Source: a virus
Taxonomy: Duplodnaviria > Caudoviricetes
Strand: one strand, 5' to 3'
Length of the DNA stretch: 64,000 nucleotides
Virus record (IMG/VR): IMGVR_UViG_3300050132_000146
Location: 1,105-65,104 of that record
In this document: one piece after another, positions 1-10,596 of the stretch
Position numbering within the stretch: position 1 is the first letter of the stretch
How the letters are laid out: the number at the start of each line of letters is the position of its first letter
Notes under the pieces: model-generated
The model's input: the letters and a program-made list of their open reading frames with translations, nothing else
Databases searched by the model: none
What the model was told of the DNA's origin: nothing
Program-made: the position numbers and the translations under genes

Positions 1-426
1 ATATGCTCGTGCAAATTCGGTCAAGCCGAACGGGTAATAAAGCCAAGGTGGACGGATAAGTGGAAAATTCTGTACTACCAGTTCCGCTACAACATCCCCG
101 ACCTATGTAATCAGTTTGCAGAATACATCCAAGACTACAACTCACCACCCGAGCGAGCACCAACTGGAGGAGAGGTACACTCAACCTCAACTGCCGAACC
201 ATTTCCTTATCAGGCATGGCTAGTGACGGGATTAATGTGTGTAATGGGGTTGACCGAGGAGCAGGCGTGGATGATGCCAATTGGCAAGGCCGAATGGTAT
301 CTATCTATTTCAAACGCATTTAGAGACAAAGAAACAGGTATTCTTGGTGGTCACGACAGAGAATTCATCGAAGGAATGAAGGCCAGGAAATTACAGCAAG
401 AACAAAATGGCAATACAAGCATCTAA
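1..426 (+). CDS. 5'-truncated phage protein upstream of the tape measure gene, probably a tail assembly chaperone
   Basis: Frame 1 is open from base 1 to the TAA at 426 and overlaps the TMP start. The C-terminal 'GLTEEQAWMMPIGKAEWY' resembles chaperone tails. Confidence 0.55.
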   Translation: MCSCKFGQAERVIKPRWTDKWKILYYQFRYNIPDLCNQFAEYIQDYNSPPERAPTGGEVHSTSTAEPFPYQAWLVTGLMCVMGLTEEQAWMMPIGKAEWYLSISNAFRDKETGILGGHDREFIEGMKARKLQQEQNGNTSI

Positions 427-3400
427 CGCGGCCGGTGTCGGCGTCAAGGCAGTCACCAAGGATCTGGCGGCACTGGAAAACGGTGCCTGGGGTGCTGTTG
501 GCGCACTCGTAGCCGGTGAATCAAAAGCCCGTATCGCATGGGCAGGCTTCTCCCAATTCTTCCTCATAAAGATCCTTGGTCCAGTCGGACTCTTCTCTTC
601 CGTTGCCCTGGGGGCTACCATCGCTCTAAACAAGATGGGCAAGGCATTCGCTGAGATGGGTATGGAGTCAGCAAAGTCAATGGAGTCCCTTACTCTACGC
701 TTCAAGCCACTCCTTGCCGGTCTCGAATCAGCCAAGAAGCGCATGGAGGAACTCGCATCCTTCTCCTCTCAGACCCCCTTCCAACTCACCGGAGTAGTAG
801 AGGCCAACCAAACACTCCAAAGCCTCACCAAGGGCGCTCTATCGACCGTTGCGGGCATGAAGCTGGTCGGCGATGCTGCCGCTGTTGCTGGCGTTCCTAT
901 GGAGGATATGGCGGTAAAGGTTGGTCGTCTCTATGACGGACTTCAATCCGGTCGTCCTGTGGGCGAGGTGGCACTACACCTACAAGAGCTTGGCGTAATC
1001 TCTGGAACCACGCGTAACCAACTCGAATCCATGCAGGAGTCTGGTCGCGCCGGATCTGACGTGTGGAAAGTGGCCGCCGCTGACATCGGAAAAGCCTCTG
1101 GAGCGATGGCCGCACAGATGACCACACTTCGCGGACTCACCACAAACCTTGACGATAATAAAGAAGCATTCCAACGCGCCTTCGCCAACAACTATCTTGA
1201 GGGCGAGAAGGCAATGGTTGAGTCTGTTGCCGGTGCATATAAAAACCTGACACCGGCAATTAGCCTTGTTGGACAAACGGTTTCGTACATATCAAACGCC
1301 TGGGATAAATTCAGGGCAGGTATTATCGACGTTATAAGCAAGAGCACCGTTGTTCAGGGTACAATCATTGCCATCGGTGCAGCTTTCTCAACACTAAGCG
1401 CCGCAGTCCTCGCTGCAACCACTATTTATGGCGGGTCATGGCTTCTGGGTCTCACAAAGAGTGCCGGTCTTGCAAAAGAGGCGGCGCAAGGATATGATCT
1501 TCTTGGCGCATCAATGAAGTTAATGGCATCTTCGGCCAAAGAGGCCGCAATTGGAGATGCTGGACTTGCTGTTATCCAAAGAGAACAGGCTACTATTGCC
1601 GCACAAGAAGGCGTTGAAATAATCAAGAAAACCGGGGCAATGGGTGCTCTTGGTGGTGCAACGAAAACTCTTCTTGGTGTTATTAAGTCGCTCACGATAG
1701 GAATGGTTGAATTCCTTGCATCGGCAGTATTCGACCCTCTTGTTCTTGCTGCCGCAGCAGTAATTGGACTCGTTGTTTCATACCGATACATGGCAAATGC
1801 CCAGAAGGAAGCAAAACAGGAGCTTGTAAATCTCAGTAATGCCATTGTTGAGCACACGGCACTGCTCGATAAACAGCGTCTAGCTATTCGTACAATCGCC
1901 GACCTTAATGCCCAGTACGCAGCAGAACTCACAAACGTAGCTGATGCATATGAGAAGCTTGGCCAAGCCAAGGCGAAGTCAGACCTTAACCCTAACGATC
2001 AGAACCTAAAAACCAAGGTTTCCATCGCTCAAGAGGGTGTTCGTCAGGCCGATTCAGCCTTCAATAAAACCAAAGGAATAAAGTACGGTGACTTGGCTTT
2101 CGCTCCAGGCGAACAAACCGAAGCAGAACGCCTCGCCAAGAATCGTGAACTAGCTGAGTCACAGTTCAGCCACGACCTAAACAAAATGTCCCCAGAAGGA
2201 CAGGTTTCAGCACTCCGTGAAAAGAAGGCTGAATACGACCGTCTGGCTGCTGAAAACAGCAACAAGAACAAGGAGTTCGAGGACACGCAAGCCAATGCAG
2301 CAACTGCGGGGGCTAATCGTGGTGAGATTCAGGCCAAGATCGACGCAGCAATCCACCGTCGTGACCAACTGTCTGGAACCACTATTAAGACGAAGGTTTC
2401 ATCGGGCGGTGATTACGCTTCAGAAGAAGATACGTCATACGGCGATGCCGTAGCATCTCGCGCCAAGGGTATTAAGGAAGCCCAGGACGAAGCGGACAAG
2501 CTGTACGCCTCTCTACACGCTCTACCCGATGCCGCTGTGGCCGTAGACAAAGCTCTTGCTTCAGGCGATGCTCTGGTTGTGCTGAAAACCAAACTCGGAT
2601 GGGTTGAAGCCCTTGCGACCGCTAATGAACGTCTTCAGGTGTCCACCCAATCCCTTGTGGATGCTGACAAGGAATATGCCAAAGCCTCTCAAGATGGCGA
2701 TGAAAAAGCCAAGAAGGCCGCTGCCGACAAGCAAAACCTGGCCAAGAAAGCAGTTGAAAACTACACAAAGGATGTCCAAACAGCCACAAACGTAGTTGGA
2801 TCTCATCTTGGCATGGACCCAAATAAAGCCACACTGGGACGCCAGCGCGACATCATCCAGGGTCAGATCACTGAAGTCCAATCGCAACGCAATGAAGCGT
2901 CCTCAAAAGGTCAGGATATGGGTCGTGTTCTTTCTGATAAGGAGAAGGAACTTTCTCTTGCCGAGAAAACAGAAGAATACGAAACCTCAAAGAAGCAAGC
3001 AGAACTCGACAACCTGGGACCACTAAACCTGGAGTACGCGCTGAAGATCAAGATTCTACAGATCGAAGAATCACGCCTAAAGCAACTTCGTGCTGATAAT
3101 CAAATCAGCCAGAGTCAGCTTGACCATGGAATTGCTAATCTCGCGATTGAAAAGCAGTCCCTGGACGTTGTGACTCGTCGTACAGCAATGGCAGCAAAGA
3201 TTGGACAGGACGTTGAGGGCCTTTCAATTATGGCGTCAGGTCAAGATGCTTCAGGTGATACTCATGGAGCACTTGAATCCCGTAATCGTCAGCGCGTAGA
3301 AGAACGTAAAGCCAAGCAAATGGAAATTGAAGACTTTGCTAAGTCTCATTTTGCCAATAAGGGCGATCAGGATGATTACATTAAGACTCAGGGAATCCAT

Positions 3401-4546
3401 GAGGATGAGAAAAAGAAGCAGGCTGACGAAGAAGATAAGAATCGAGTTGAATATCGAGACAACCAATCCGACAGATCATTGTCTCGCAAGGGCACCGAGA
3501 CCGACGTTGCGCAACAACTAATCGGCGAACTAGAAGCCAAGAAGAAACTCATCGACCTTGATGCAGAAGAACTCGAAAACAAGCGCAAAATAGGTGCCAT
3601 CACCGAAAAGGAACTCGCTAACGGAATGGCCGAACTCGCTCTTGAGAACAAGCGCATCGAAGCTGAGCAAAAGCGTGCCACCATCAAATCCAAACTCGCC
3701 CAAGACTCAGCCCAGTCCTCAATCGACGAAGAGAACGACCAATACCACAACCGCCCAATCTCAGCTCAGCACGACAAATACCGTCGTCAAGCTTCCGACC
3801 GCGCAATCCGCGAGCAGGAGCTAAAGGACGAGGCCATGGGTCTTGACCAAAGCGAGCGCTACAACCACATCAAAAAGGGTCTCAGCCAGTTTGATGCAGG
3901 AACAAAGCGCGAGAACCGTGGAGAGGGCCTGGACGGTGCCCGTGCGGCGCTAAATAAGGTTGCTGAAGGTTGGCTTGACTTCCTGAATGCATTCAAGGAA
4001 CTTATGGACAAGGTTCGTGAGTACCGCTCACAGCTCCAGGTCAAGGAACTCCGAGCCACCGGAAACGATGACGACGCCAAGAAAGCTGACCGAATCGAAT
4101 CTCAAAAGGCGTTTGACTCCCGCGTTAAGGACATCATGAAGGACACCGGAACCTCAAAAGAGGACGCCACCGCCTACGTGAACCGTGAAATGAAGGCGGA
4201 TCACGATGCGCCAATCAACAAGAACCTCAAGGAACTCAAGGATGAGCTTGCTAAAAAGCAGGAAGAACTGAAGTACGATCAGGCGCATCAGAAGCGCGAA
4301 TACCACCAGGGAATGCAGATCGTCACCAAGGAGGGCTCCATCGGCGGCTCCATGGCCCTCCGTTCCGCCTCATACTACAAGACTGACGCTGAAAAGACCC
4401 ATCAGGATCTCCTGGACATCAAGAAGATCCTCACAACCATCCAGCAGACCGCTGGTGATTCATACGTTGTCCACTCCGTATCGCGACCAGTAATTGACAC
4501 GATCAATGTCGCTACACAGGGCGGAATGGCCACAATCAAGGTTTAA
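407..4546 (+). CDS. Tail tape measure protein
   Basis: 1379 aa, Ala-rich and helical. Contains the tape-measure N-domain motif 'AKKRMEELASFSSQTPFQLTGVVEAN', hydrophobic segments and long coiled-coil stretches. Confidence 0.9.
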   Translation: MAIQASNAAGVGVKAVTKDLAALENGAWGAVGALVAGESKARIAWAGFSQFFLIKILGPVGLFSSVALGATIALNKMGKAFAEMGMESAKSMESLTLRFKPLLAGLESAKKRMEELASFSSQTPFQLTGVVEANQTLQSLTKGALSTVAGMKLVGDAAAVAGVPMEDMAVKVGRLYDGLQSGRPVGEVALHLQELGVISGTTRNQLESMQESGRAGSDVWKVAAADIGKASGAMAAQMTTLRGLTTNLDDNKEAFQRAFANNYLEGEKAMVESVAGAYKNLTPAISLVGQTVSYISNAWDKFRAGIIDVISKSTVVQGTIIAIGAAFSTLSAAVLAATTIYGGSWLLGLTKSAGLAKEAAQGYDLLGASMKLMASSAKEAAIGDAGLAVIQREQATIAAQEGVEIIKKTGAMGALGGATKTLLGVIKSLTIGMVEFLASAVFDPLVLAAAAVIGLVVSYRYMANAQKEAKQELVNLSNAIVEHTALLDKQRLAIRTIADLNAQYAAELTNVADAYEKLGQAKAKSDLNPNDQNLKTKVSIAQEGVRQADSAFNKTKGIKYGDLAFAPGEQTEAERLAKNRELAESQFSHDLNKMSPEGQVSALREKKAEYDRLAAENSNKNKEFEDTQANAATAGANRGEIQAKIDAAIHRRDQLSGTTIKTKVSSGGDYASEEDTSYGDAVASRAKGIKEAQDEADKLYASLHALPDAAVAVDKALASGDALVVLKTKLGWVEALATANERLQVSTQSLVDADKEYAKASQDGDEKAKKAAADKQNLAKKAVENYTKDVQTATNVVGSHLGMDPNKATLGRQRDIIQGQITEVQSQRNEASSKGQDMGRVLSDKEKELSLAEKTEEYETSKKQAELDNLGPLNLEYALKIKILQIEESRLKQLRADNQISQSQLDHGIANLAIEKQSLDVVTRRTAMAAKIGQDVEGLSIMASGQDASGDTHGALESRNRQRVEERKAKQMEIEDFAKSHFANKGDQDDYIKTQGIHEDEKKKQADEEDKNRVEYRDNQSDRSLSRKGTETDVAQQLIGELEAKKKLIDLDAEELENKRKIGAITEKELANGMAELALENKRIEAEQKRATIKSKLAQDSAQSSIDEENDQYHNRPISAQHDKYRRQASDRAIREQELKDEAMGLDQSERYNHIKKGLSQFDAGTKRENRGEGLDGARAALNKVAEGWLDFLNAFKELMDKVREYRSQLQVKELRATGNDDDAKKADRIESQKAFDSRVKDIMKDTGTSKEDATAYVNREMKADHDAPINKNLKELKDELAKKQEELKYDQAHQKREYHQGMQIVTKEGSIGGSMALRSASYYKTDAEKTHQDLLDIKKILTTIQQTAGDSYVVHSVSRPVIDTINVATQGGMATIKV

Positions 4547-4552
4547 TACATC

Positions 4553-6745
4553 ATGCCACTAACACCATCACTTGGGTCTCCTACAGTTTCGTTAATCACG
4601 GTCGGTTCTGCTGTGCTCGGTGGGTCTGTTACCACGGGTAACGGTTCCCCAACCATTGCAATAGGAATTGTTTACGCCCCGGCCTCTGCTGGAACTGGTG
4701 TTCTTACATTGAATCATGCTGGTGCAACCACAATCCAGACATCTTCATTCGCTCAGTACGGTTCTACTGGGGCATTCTCGTTCCACTTCCCTGTTTCCGG
4801 TCTGAGCGCTGGTGTTCTTTACAACTTTGTTGCGGTTGCTGGTAATGTTGTTGGTGGTAATGCTTATTCTTCGGTTGGGCACTTTTCTACCCTTTCACAG
4901 AACTGCAATCTGTCTGGACTTTCTATTTTTCCAGGTACGCTTACGCCTGGATTTGATCCATCCACAACCTCATACAGCGTTTTACTTCCTGTAGCCACCA
5001 CAAGCGCACAGCTTACGGCCACTAGACAACAAAACAACGCCACGATCAAGATCAATGGTCAGACGGCATCGTCTGGTGGTCTAAATACATTGACGCTTGT
5101 TCCTGGGGCCAATGTGGTTCCGGTTCTAGTTACGGCTCAGGATGGCGTTACGACACAGACGTACACGGTTACGGTTAATTGTGGTTTAGCCCCGGTTGTA
5201 TCGTCACCAACATCTTCCGATGTAACATCCACTACTGTAACATTAGGCGGAAATGTGACGAGTGATGGTGGGTCTACGATTACAGATCGAGGTATTGTTG
5301 TTGGGTATAGCGCCATTAATTCAGATACCGCAACAGGAACTCCGTCTAAATTCAATCAAACGCCAATTATTGGCGGACCAAATATTAATCAATATTCAAC
5401 ATCAGGTACAACGGGTGCATTCACCCTGTCTGCCGCTGACTATTTGGGAGGACCAATATCAATTATTGGTGGTGTAGTGTACTCTTTTGCCGCATATGCA
5501 ACAAATGCAGCGGGAACCACATATAGCGATTACGCTAAGTTCACAACCGTTGGCGCTGACGGGTTTATCAGTTCATTCAAGATCAGCAAGGGTGATATTT
5601 CGCCACTATTTAATCCAGGCGTATTCTCATACACATCAACTGTACCAAACTCTGTTTCAGAGATCTCTATTTGCCCCACCCCTCTTCATAGGGACACGGT
5701 TTGCAGTATAAACGGAAATCCGGCAGTAGGTGGAACCGGTTACGTATTCCCGCTTGTTGTTGGAAGTAATGTGTTTACCGTCATTGGTGTAAGCGGAAAC
5801 GGATCAAACACCCGTACCTACACCCTAACCGTAACCCGATCAATATTCCAAATCCAAGTAAACTCCCCACTAGCCTACGTAATCGGTGGTAAATTCGGGA
5901 ACCAACTAGTCTATGGAAATACCGGACTAAACGTACAAGAAGCTGGCGACATCACAACGGATCGTTTCGGCGTGTCCGCAGGTACGTGTGTGTTCGTTTC
6001 TCCAAAGAACAATGTACTTGAACTATCCGAGCAATTCCTTCATCTAGGAGTCGCAACGCATCCGTATGCGAACTGGCTTGTACTAACCAACAAGCGCGTA
6101 GTCATGTCTCCCGGTGTCTCAACCGTTGTCTGCACCTTCGAAGGGATCAAAAACCCCTCCGAGTTCATCTACAGCTTTGAAGCAGGTGCCACGCAGGAAC
6201 CAATCCAAACCCATCCAAATTTCATCATCCTGGGCCAGCAATACGGCGTATGGACCGTGACTGATCCGAATACTCAGGTTTCTAATATTGTGGGAGGTGT
6301 TGAGGGTGGCATATTGCCGTCGTATGCTCAATTGTATCAGGGTCAGTTCGGTGGATTCCGCACAACCTCGAAACTTGCTGGTCTGGAGAACTACCTTGAC
6401 TTCGGTGGCGCTACTTGGTCAGCAACTCAGGCCACTCCAGAGCCTCCGACTAACGCCCTGGCTACGATTGGCCACATATCAGTCCCTCTTGGCACCCCAC
6501 CCATCTTCGATGATGGTCGAAGCGTGTTCTTCATTGGTCGCGGACCAAAAGGAGCCATCCTCGAAGAAATCGACTCGATCCAGCGTAACTGGCTGTATAT
6601 GGGCATGAACTTCACGCAACGAGGTTCGGCATACATGGTTACGCACAACTGGCTTTTGTCTGGTCCTGGTGGGTGGAATCCACTTATCTACTCCAACGTT
6701 CCATTCGATCTTGGCGACGTTCAATCACCCGACTTCACCCTCTAA
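4553..6745 (+). CDS. Tail protein with FN3-like and cadherin-like beta-sandwich repeats
   Basis: Follows the TMP. Thr/Ser/Gly-rich, with two 'L(T/S)PxF(D/N)PxxxSY...L(V)xGxNV...TxTYT(V/L)TV' modules and two 'LGG(S/N)VTxxxGSxxIxxxGIV' modules. Confidence 0.75.
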   Translation: MPLTPSLGSPTVSLITVGSAVLGGSVTTGNGSPTIAIGIVYAPASAGTGVLTLNHAGATTIQTSSFAQYGSTGAFSFHFPVSGLSAGVLYNFVAVAGNVVGGNAYSSVGHFSTLSQNCNLSGLSIFPGTLTPGFDPSTTSYSVLLPVATTSAQLTATRQQNNATIKINGQTASSGGLNTLTLVPGANVVPVLVTAQDGVTTQTYTVTVNCGLAPVVSSPTSSDVTSTTVTLGGNVTSDGGSTITDRGIVVGYSAINSDTATGTPSKFNQTPIIGGPNINQYSTSGTTGAFTLSAADYLGGPISIIGGVVYSFAAYATNAAGTTYSDYAKFTTVGADGFISSFKISKGDISPLFNPGVFSYTSTVPNSVSEISICPTPLHRDTVCSINGNPAVGGTGYVFPLVVGSNVFTVIGVSGNGSNTRTYTLTVTRSIFQIQVNSPLAYVIGGKFGNQLVYGNTGLNVQEAGDITTDRFGVSAGTCVFVSPKNNVLELSEQFLHLGVATHPYANWLVLTNKRVVMSPGVSTVVCTFEGIKNPSEFIYSFEAGATQEPIQTHPNFIILGQQYGVWTVTDPNTQVSNIVGGVEGGILPSYAQLYQGQFGGFRTTSKLAGLENYLDFGGATWSATQATPEPPTNALATIGHISVPLGTPPIFDDGRSVFFIGRGPKGAILEEIDSIQRNWLYMGMNFTQRGSAYMVTHNWLLSGPGGWNPLIYSNVPFDLGDVQSPDFTL

Positions 6746-6936
6746 TGATCCAGCGCCAGAAACTTCTCGTCCGCAAGATCGGGAATAAAACACTGATTAC
6801 GCTTCCACCAACAAGACCCGTTTCGATGGCATACCGAATGATCGGAATGTCCACGGCTCTCGTTTACCAATCTGGCATGATTGGACCTATTATCATGGGC
6901 GTATCAGTGGCTTCCGTTGGGGTACATATGCTATGA
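6745..6936 (+). CDS. Hypothetical protein (tail region)
   Basis: TAATG overlap with the upstream stop and ATGA overlap with the next ORF. Confidence 0.45.
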   Translation: MIQRQKLLVRKIGNKTLITLPPTRPVSMAYRMIGMSTALVYQSGMIGPIIMGVSVASVGVHML

Positions 6937-7187
6937 CCAGAAAGCCAATCATCTTTGCAGGTTTGCCAAAGACTGTTTCAGAGCAGAATCAGTTGGATCA
7001 GTACAACCATGGTGTGAAATGGTCCGAATCAAAGCCAGCATCAATCGCAGGAAACTGGATGGGGCCGCGTCAGATCCCACCGGCATATGGACAGCAAAGA
7101 CCCGCTCCAACGAAGAATATACTTCGTGTGAGCGGGTCGCTGAATTTGCTATCAATCAATGGCAGGGTGCTTTTGTCTCCCCAGTAG
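6933..7187 (+). CDS. Hypothetical protein (tail region)
   Basis: ATGA-coupled 84-aa ORF. Confidence 0.45.
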   Translation: MTRKPIIFAGLPKTVSEQNQLDQYNHGVKWSESKPASIAGNWMGPRQIPPAYGQQRPAPTKNILRVSGSLNLLSINGRVLLSPQ

Positions 7188-8264
7188 TTCGACAACCGAG
7201 TCGATTACTTGCTCTGGTGTGATTGATGCGATCACGGTGCAGAACTTTGCGTGGGTGCAGGGGCGGTTGGGCGGGAATACGATGTTTTGCGAACTATGAA
7301 AGAAACACGGGCTACAACCACCCTTTGGCTCAAGTACCGTACAGAAGTCGGGATTTGTCACCCTAAGAGCAGACGGGAATGAACCGAAGATCGCTACAGT
7401 TGGTATACTCAGCGCCTGGGCTACGTGGAACAAGGATGAATCCGGCGTAAGCGCCACGTCACAGGTTTGTAGAACCGCCACGGATTCACGCATACCCAAC
7501 CCATCGTTGGCCAAGTTGGTGCATCCAGGAAGGTCCACCTTCATTTGTCCAGGCTTACCGAACATGAAAACCTCGTGACCCATACTGGCGAGTGTGGCGC
7601 AGACGGTGGATAGTAGAGATGGGTGATAGGATCGTACAGGGCTGCTTGCAGCGACTTGGACGCCAATCCTGAGTGATTGGGTTCGCGGATAGCGGCGAAG
7701 CGCCTCAATGGCCTCTAATGGGCTTACATGCCATTCCAGGCGGCGTGAGTCGAGCGTTATTCCGATCTTCTGCGCGAATAGGTCTACAGCGTGGATGTGT
7801 TCGGCTTCGGGGTTGTGCTCGATTAGGTTTTCATAGAAATACACAGCATCTCCTGGCTCAACAATGGATTGAGGAATTGGGGATGACATGACTTCACAAT
7901 TTACTCCATCGAAAGCAATCTTGTACTCATCGCCACAGACAACCACAACCCGGCACCTTGGCCACTTTGTTTTAAGTGCACGAATGGTTGGACCCATGAA
8001 AAGACAATCTCCGTGGCCACCATATCTCCACAAGTACACTGTATGACCGTTCATGGAACGACGTGGTTGGATGGGAATATCGAACGCCTCGTTTACGTGG
8101 GTCATGGACAAAAGGGATCGGCTCTTTCCGTCTGGACACGGAATTAACTGTGTGTCCTGAAGCATCATTCCTGATGTCTGACTGGTCAGCCAGTACCGCT
8201 CCCCTGGCATCATGGTTGCGCCGCCAAAGACTGGAACCGGGTAATCGACTGAGACTAAATTCAT
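7152..8264 (-). CDS. Glycosyltransferase family 9 (heptosyltransferase-like)
   Basis: GT9 motifs 'RYGGHGDCLFMGPTIRALKTKWP' and 'CDVALTPDSSLFHVAQALSIPTVAIFGS', plus a C-terminal 'CSPC...C...C..SITPEQV'. Confidence 0.9.
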   Translation of the reverse strand: MNLVSVDYPVPVFGGATMMPGERYWLTSQTSGMMLQDTQLIPCPDGKSRSLLSMTHVNEAFDIPIQPRRSMNGHTVYLWRYGGHGDCLFMGPTIRALKTKWPRCRVVVVCGDEYKIAFDGVNCEVMSSPIPQSIVEPGDAVYFYENLIEHNPEAEHIHAVDLFAQKIGITLDSRRLEWHVSPLEAIEALRRYPRTQSLRIGVQVAASSPVRSYHPSLLSTVCATLASMGHEVFMFGKPGQMKVDLPGCTNLANDGLGMRESVAVLQTCDVALTPDSSLFHVAQALSIPTVAIFGSFPSALRVTNPDFCTVLEPKGGCSPCFFHSSQNIVFPPNRPCTHAKFCTVIASITPEQVIDSVVELLGRQKHPAID

Positions 8265-8854
8265 GGTGTGTAAAACGTGTGGCTTTCTGGAAACAATTTA
8301 TCGCACAACATCGCGCTGATCTTCCGCATATCCGCGTAATGCGAGTCGGGAGGTGGAGTCCTGGATGTGCCATCGTCCGTTACCTTTGCTCGACCCCCTG
8401 TACCATCGAATCCCACAAGCGTCAAGCTCGAACATCCTAAATAATAAGCAAAGTGAATCGCCGGATGTGACGAACTAGTGGCGATGTATAGTTGTTTGGA
8501 CTTCGCCAGCTCATCACGAGTCTGGCGTAAGCGACCAGCACGACCCTCAACGGTGTTACCGAAGTGGGCAAACGGCAATGAGTCATCCGGCAGGAATGAG
8601 CTTTCTTTACCCCAGGCGTTCAAGTATGGAATACCGCGAATCCACTGTGTTGGATGATGGCTCCACTGATTTGCGTCCTGATCGCATGAAATGCTATAAT
8701 GTGTTTTTGTTACCGAGCACACGTTATTAATCCCAATCACAATATGCCCGCTCGTATCGGGCTTATTCTCCAGCCACTTATCCAACGATGGACCACGGCC
8801 AAGGAGGATGCACGGGAATCCCGCGTAACGGTTGTTTAGATTCTCGAATGTCAT
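8261..8854 (-). CDS. MptE/Maf/DUF115-like Rossmann protein (putative sugar transferase)
   Basis: 'CILLGRGPSL', 'IVIGINN' and 'AIHFAYYLGCSSLTLVGFD' are typical of this family. Confidence 0.7.
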   Translation of the reverse strand: MTFENLNNRYAGFPCILLGRGPSLDKWLENKPDTSGHIVIGINNVCSVTKTHYSISCDQDANQWSHHPTQWIRGIPYLNAWGKESSFLPDDSLPFAHFGNTVEGRAGRLRQTRDELAKSKQLYIATSSSHPAIHFAYYLGCSSLTLVGFDGTGGRAKVTDDGTSRTPPPDSHYADMRKISAMLCDKLFPESHTFYTP

Positions 8855-8856
8855 AA

Positions 8857-9447
8857 CTAAGGAAGTTGGATCAGGCTCAATCCCCTAGGCGAAGGAATAT
8901 GTATAACCCGATAACCCAACGAATCCAGGTCACGCTGGAGCTGATAAACATCCCTCATAGGGTGATTCGGAGCCGTGTCATGCGTCACAATCATTGACCC
9001 CTTGCGCATCTTCGGAATCAACATCTTAATCTCAGTCAACCTCAGTCCAATCACCGAATCAATAAGCGCGAAATCAACTGGTAGTTGAAGATTTCCGATA
9101 AATTCAAGCGAGTCGCTAACATTCACGTCCACCCAATCAGTCAGTCCAACTTCGTTGATGTTGTGGACGGCATCCGCTGCTTGGTCTGTGTGCAGCTCAA
9201 TGGTAGTTACTGATCCAAATCCATTCTCCCGGCAGGCGTGACCCATGACGGCGGCAGTGTAGCCATTCTCTGTTCCGGTCTCCAGGATGTGCGCTGGCTT
9301 GTAGTTGAGGACTAGGGCGTGGAGCAGGACGGCTTCCTCGACCGACATCGCCCCCTTGCCCCAACCTCCTTGATGGAAGAAGGGAGACATGGTTAACTGT
9401 GGATGGCAGTCCGGTGAGGTGATTTCTCTGGCTAGGATGTTGTGCAT
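8857..9447 (-). CDS. Class I SAM-dependent (O-)methyltransferase
   Basis: 'ILETGTENGYTAAVM', 'VTTIE', 'DFALIDS', 'IVTHD'. Start placed at ATG 9447 after AAATAAACAC. Confidence 0.85.
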   Translation of the reverse strand: MHNILAREITSPDCHPQLTMSPFFHQGGWGKGAMSVEEAVLLHALVLNYKPAHILETGTENGYTAAVMGHACRENGFGSVTTIELHTDQAADAVHNINEVGLTDWVDVNVSDSLEFIGNLQLPVDFALIDSVIGLRLTEIKMLIPKMRKGSMIVTHDTAPNHPMRDVYQLQRDLDSLGYRVIHIPSPRGLSLIQLP

Positions 9448-10143
9448 GTGTTTATTTCTTGCTGAATACTTTTGTCCAATGGAGAATGAGGCTGGTTGGC
9501 GTGGGGTTATCCCCATCCGTAATCCGACAGCAACATGTTTTTCCTGGTCTTGTGCATTCGATCCACCAGCATCCATCCCATGCCAAACACGGCTTCTGCC
9601 CAATCCTGCATACTGCATGTTGGTTGAAGTGGTTTACTGAGGTTTGGGTGGCGTCTAGCGATTGCACGGCTGCATTTAAACATAACGGACGGTGTTGTCA
9701 AGGGGAATTTGCACGGACGTTTGTTGTGCGGTTTTTGCTCATTTGCATGGACGGTGCTGGCCCTGGGGCGATTTTGCGAATGTCGAATTATATTCAATAA
9801 GACAAACAAACATAAAGTATTATAATGTATCACAAACACCCCTTGCCAGAATGTTAGAATTTCCATAAATTAATTTAAAAATGAATGAAAATATCGCATG
9901 ACGAACGGGAAACCCTCTCTACCTTGTATTCACCGGAAGGCTTCATCGCCTCCCCTATATGCGGATCACCCCTAACACGGTGGACACCCCCATGTCATCA
10001 AGCCAAAGCGCGAAAGCGAGGTGCGGCTAACCCTATAATTTCCAGCGATGTTTTCAGGCACGGCTTGCGCATCTGATTTCTGCCATCCCCTAATAGCTTC
10101 ATGGTGAATCTATCGGATGGCAGAATTCAGAACACATACCCAT

Positions 10144-10596
10144 ATGAAAACGAACATCGAAAACGCCAACGCCCTTCGCGAATACGCTCACAAAGCTGCA
10201 AGCACTGCGGGCCGAATCGCCAAGGCTGATCGCCAGCACAATGACCTTCAAACGGCCATCACTGGCAAGGCAACGATTGACAAGTACAACGCGCACAAAT
10301 CCCGTACTCCCCTCGAAATGGAACACCTGGGTTTTATGAAGGCCGTTGCGCTTATCAACAAGCTCGCCAAGGTGAATCTTGCCGATTGCCTTGCCCCTGC
10401 CCCTGAAAACATCGCCGCCGAAACCGAGGCCCCTGAGGTTGTCGCTCCGGCCCATGAGGTGGCCGAAACCGAGGCCCCTGAGGTTGTCGCTCCGGCCCAT
10501 GAGGTGGCCGAAACCGAGGCCCCTGAGGTTGTCGCTCCGGCCCATGAGGTGGAAACCCCCCGCAAGCCTGCCAAGCCTGCCAAGGTGATAGCCTAG
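10144..10596 (+). CDS. Hypothetical early protein with an acidic Pro/Ala/Glu repeat tail
   Basis: First ORF of the plus-strand early block, containing 3x AETEAPEVVAPAHEV. Confidence 0.75.
   Translation: MKTNIENANALREYAHKAASTAGRIAKADRQHNDLQTAITGKATIDKYNAHKSRTPLEMEHLGFMKAVALINKLAKVNLADCLAPAPENIAAETEAPEVVAPAHEVAETEAPEVVAPAHEVAETEAPEVVAPAHEVETPRKPAKPAKVIA
10417..10551 (+). repeat. Three perfect 45-bp tandem repeats (coding)
   Basis: gccgaaaccgaggcccctgaggttgtcgctccggcccatgaggtg at 10417, 10462 and 10507. Confidence 0.95.

Noticed and set aside
391-4080. Many minus-strand ORFs opposite the TMP and other long genes
   Set aside because: These are antisense shadows of codon-biased genes, with no recognisable motifs.
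9448-9866. ORFs upstream of the methyltransferase, including its 253-aa extended start
   Set aside because: Several overlapping frames without motifs. ATG 9447 has the typical AC-rich leader, so the extension is unsupported and no other frame could be chosen.
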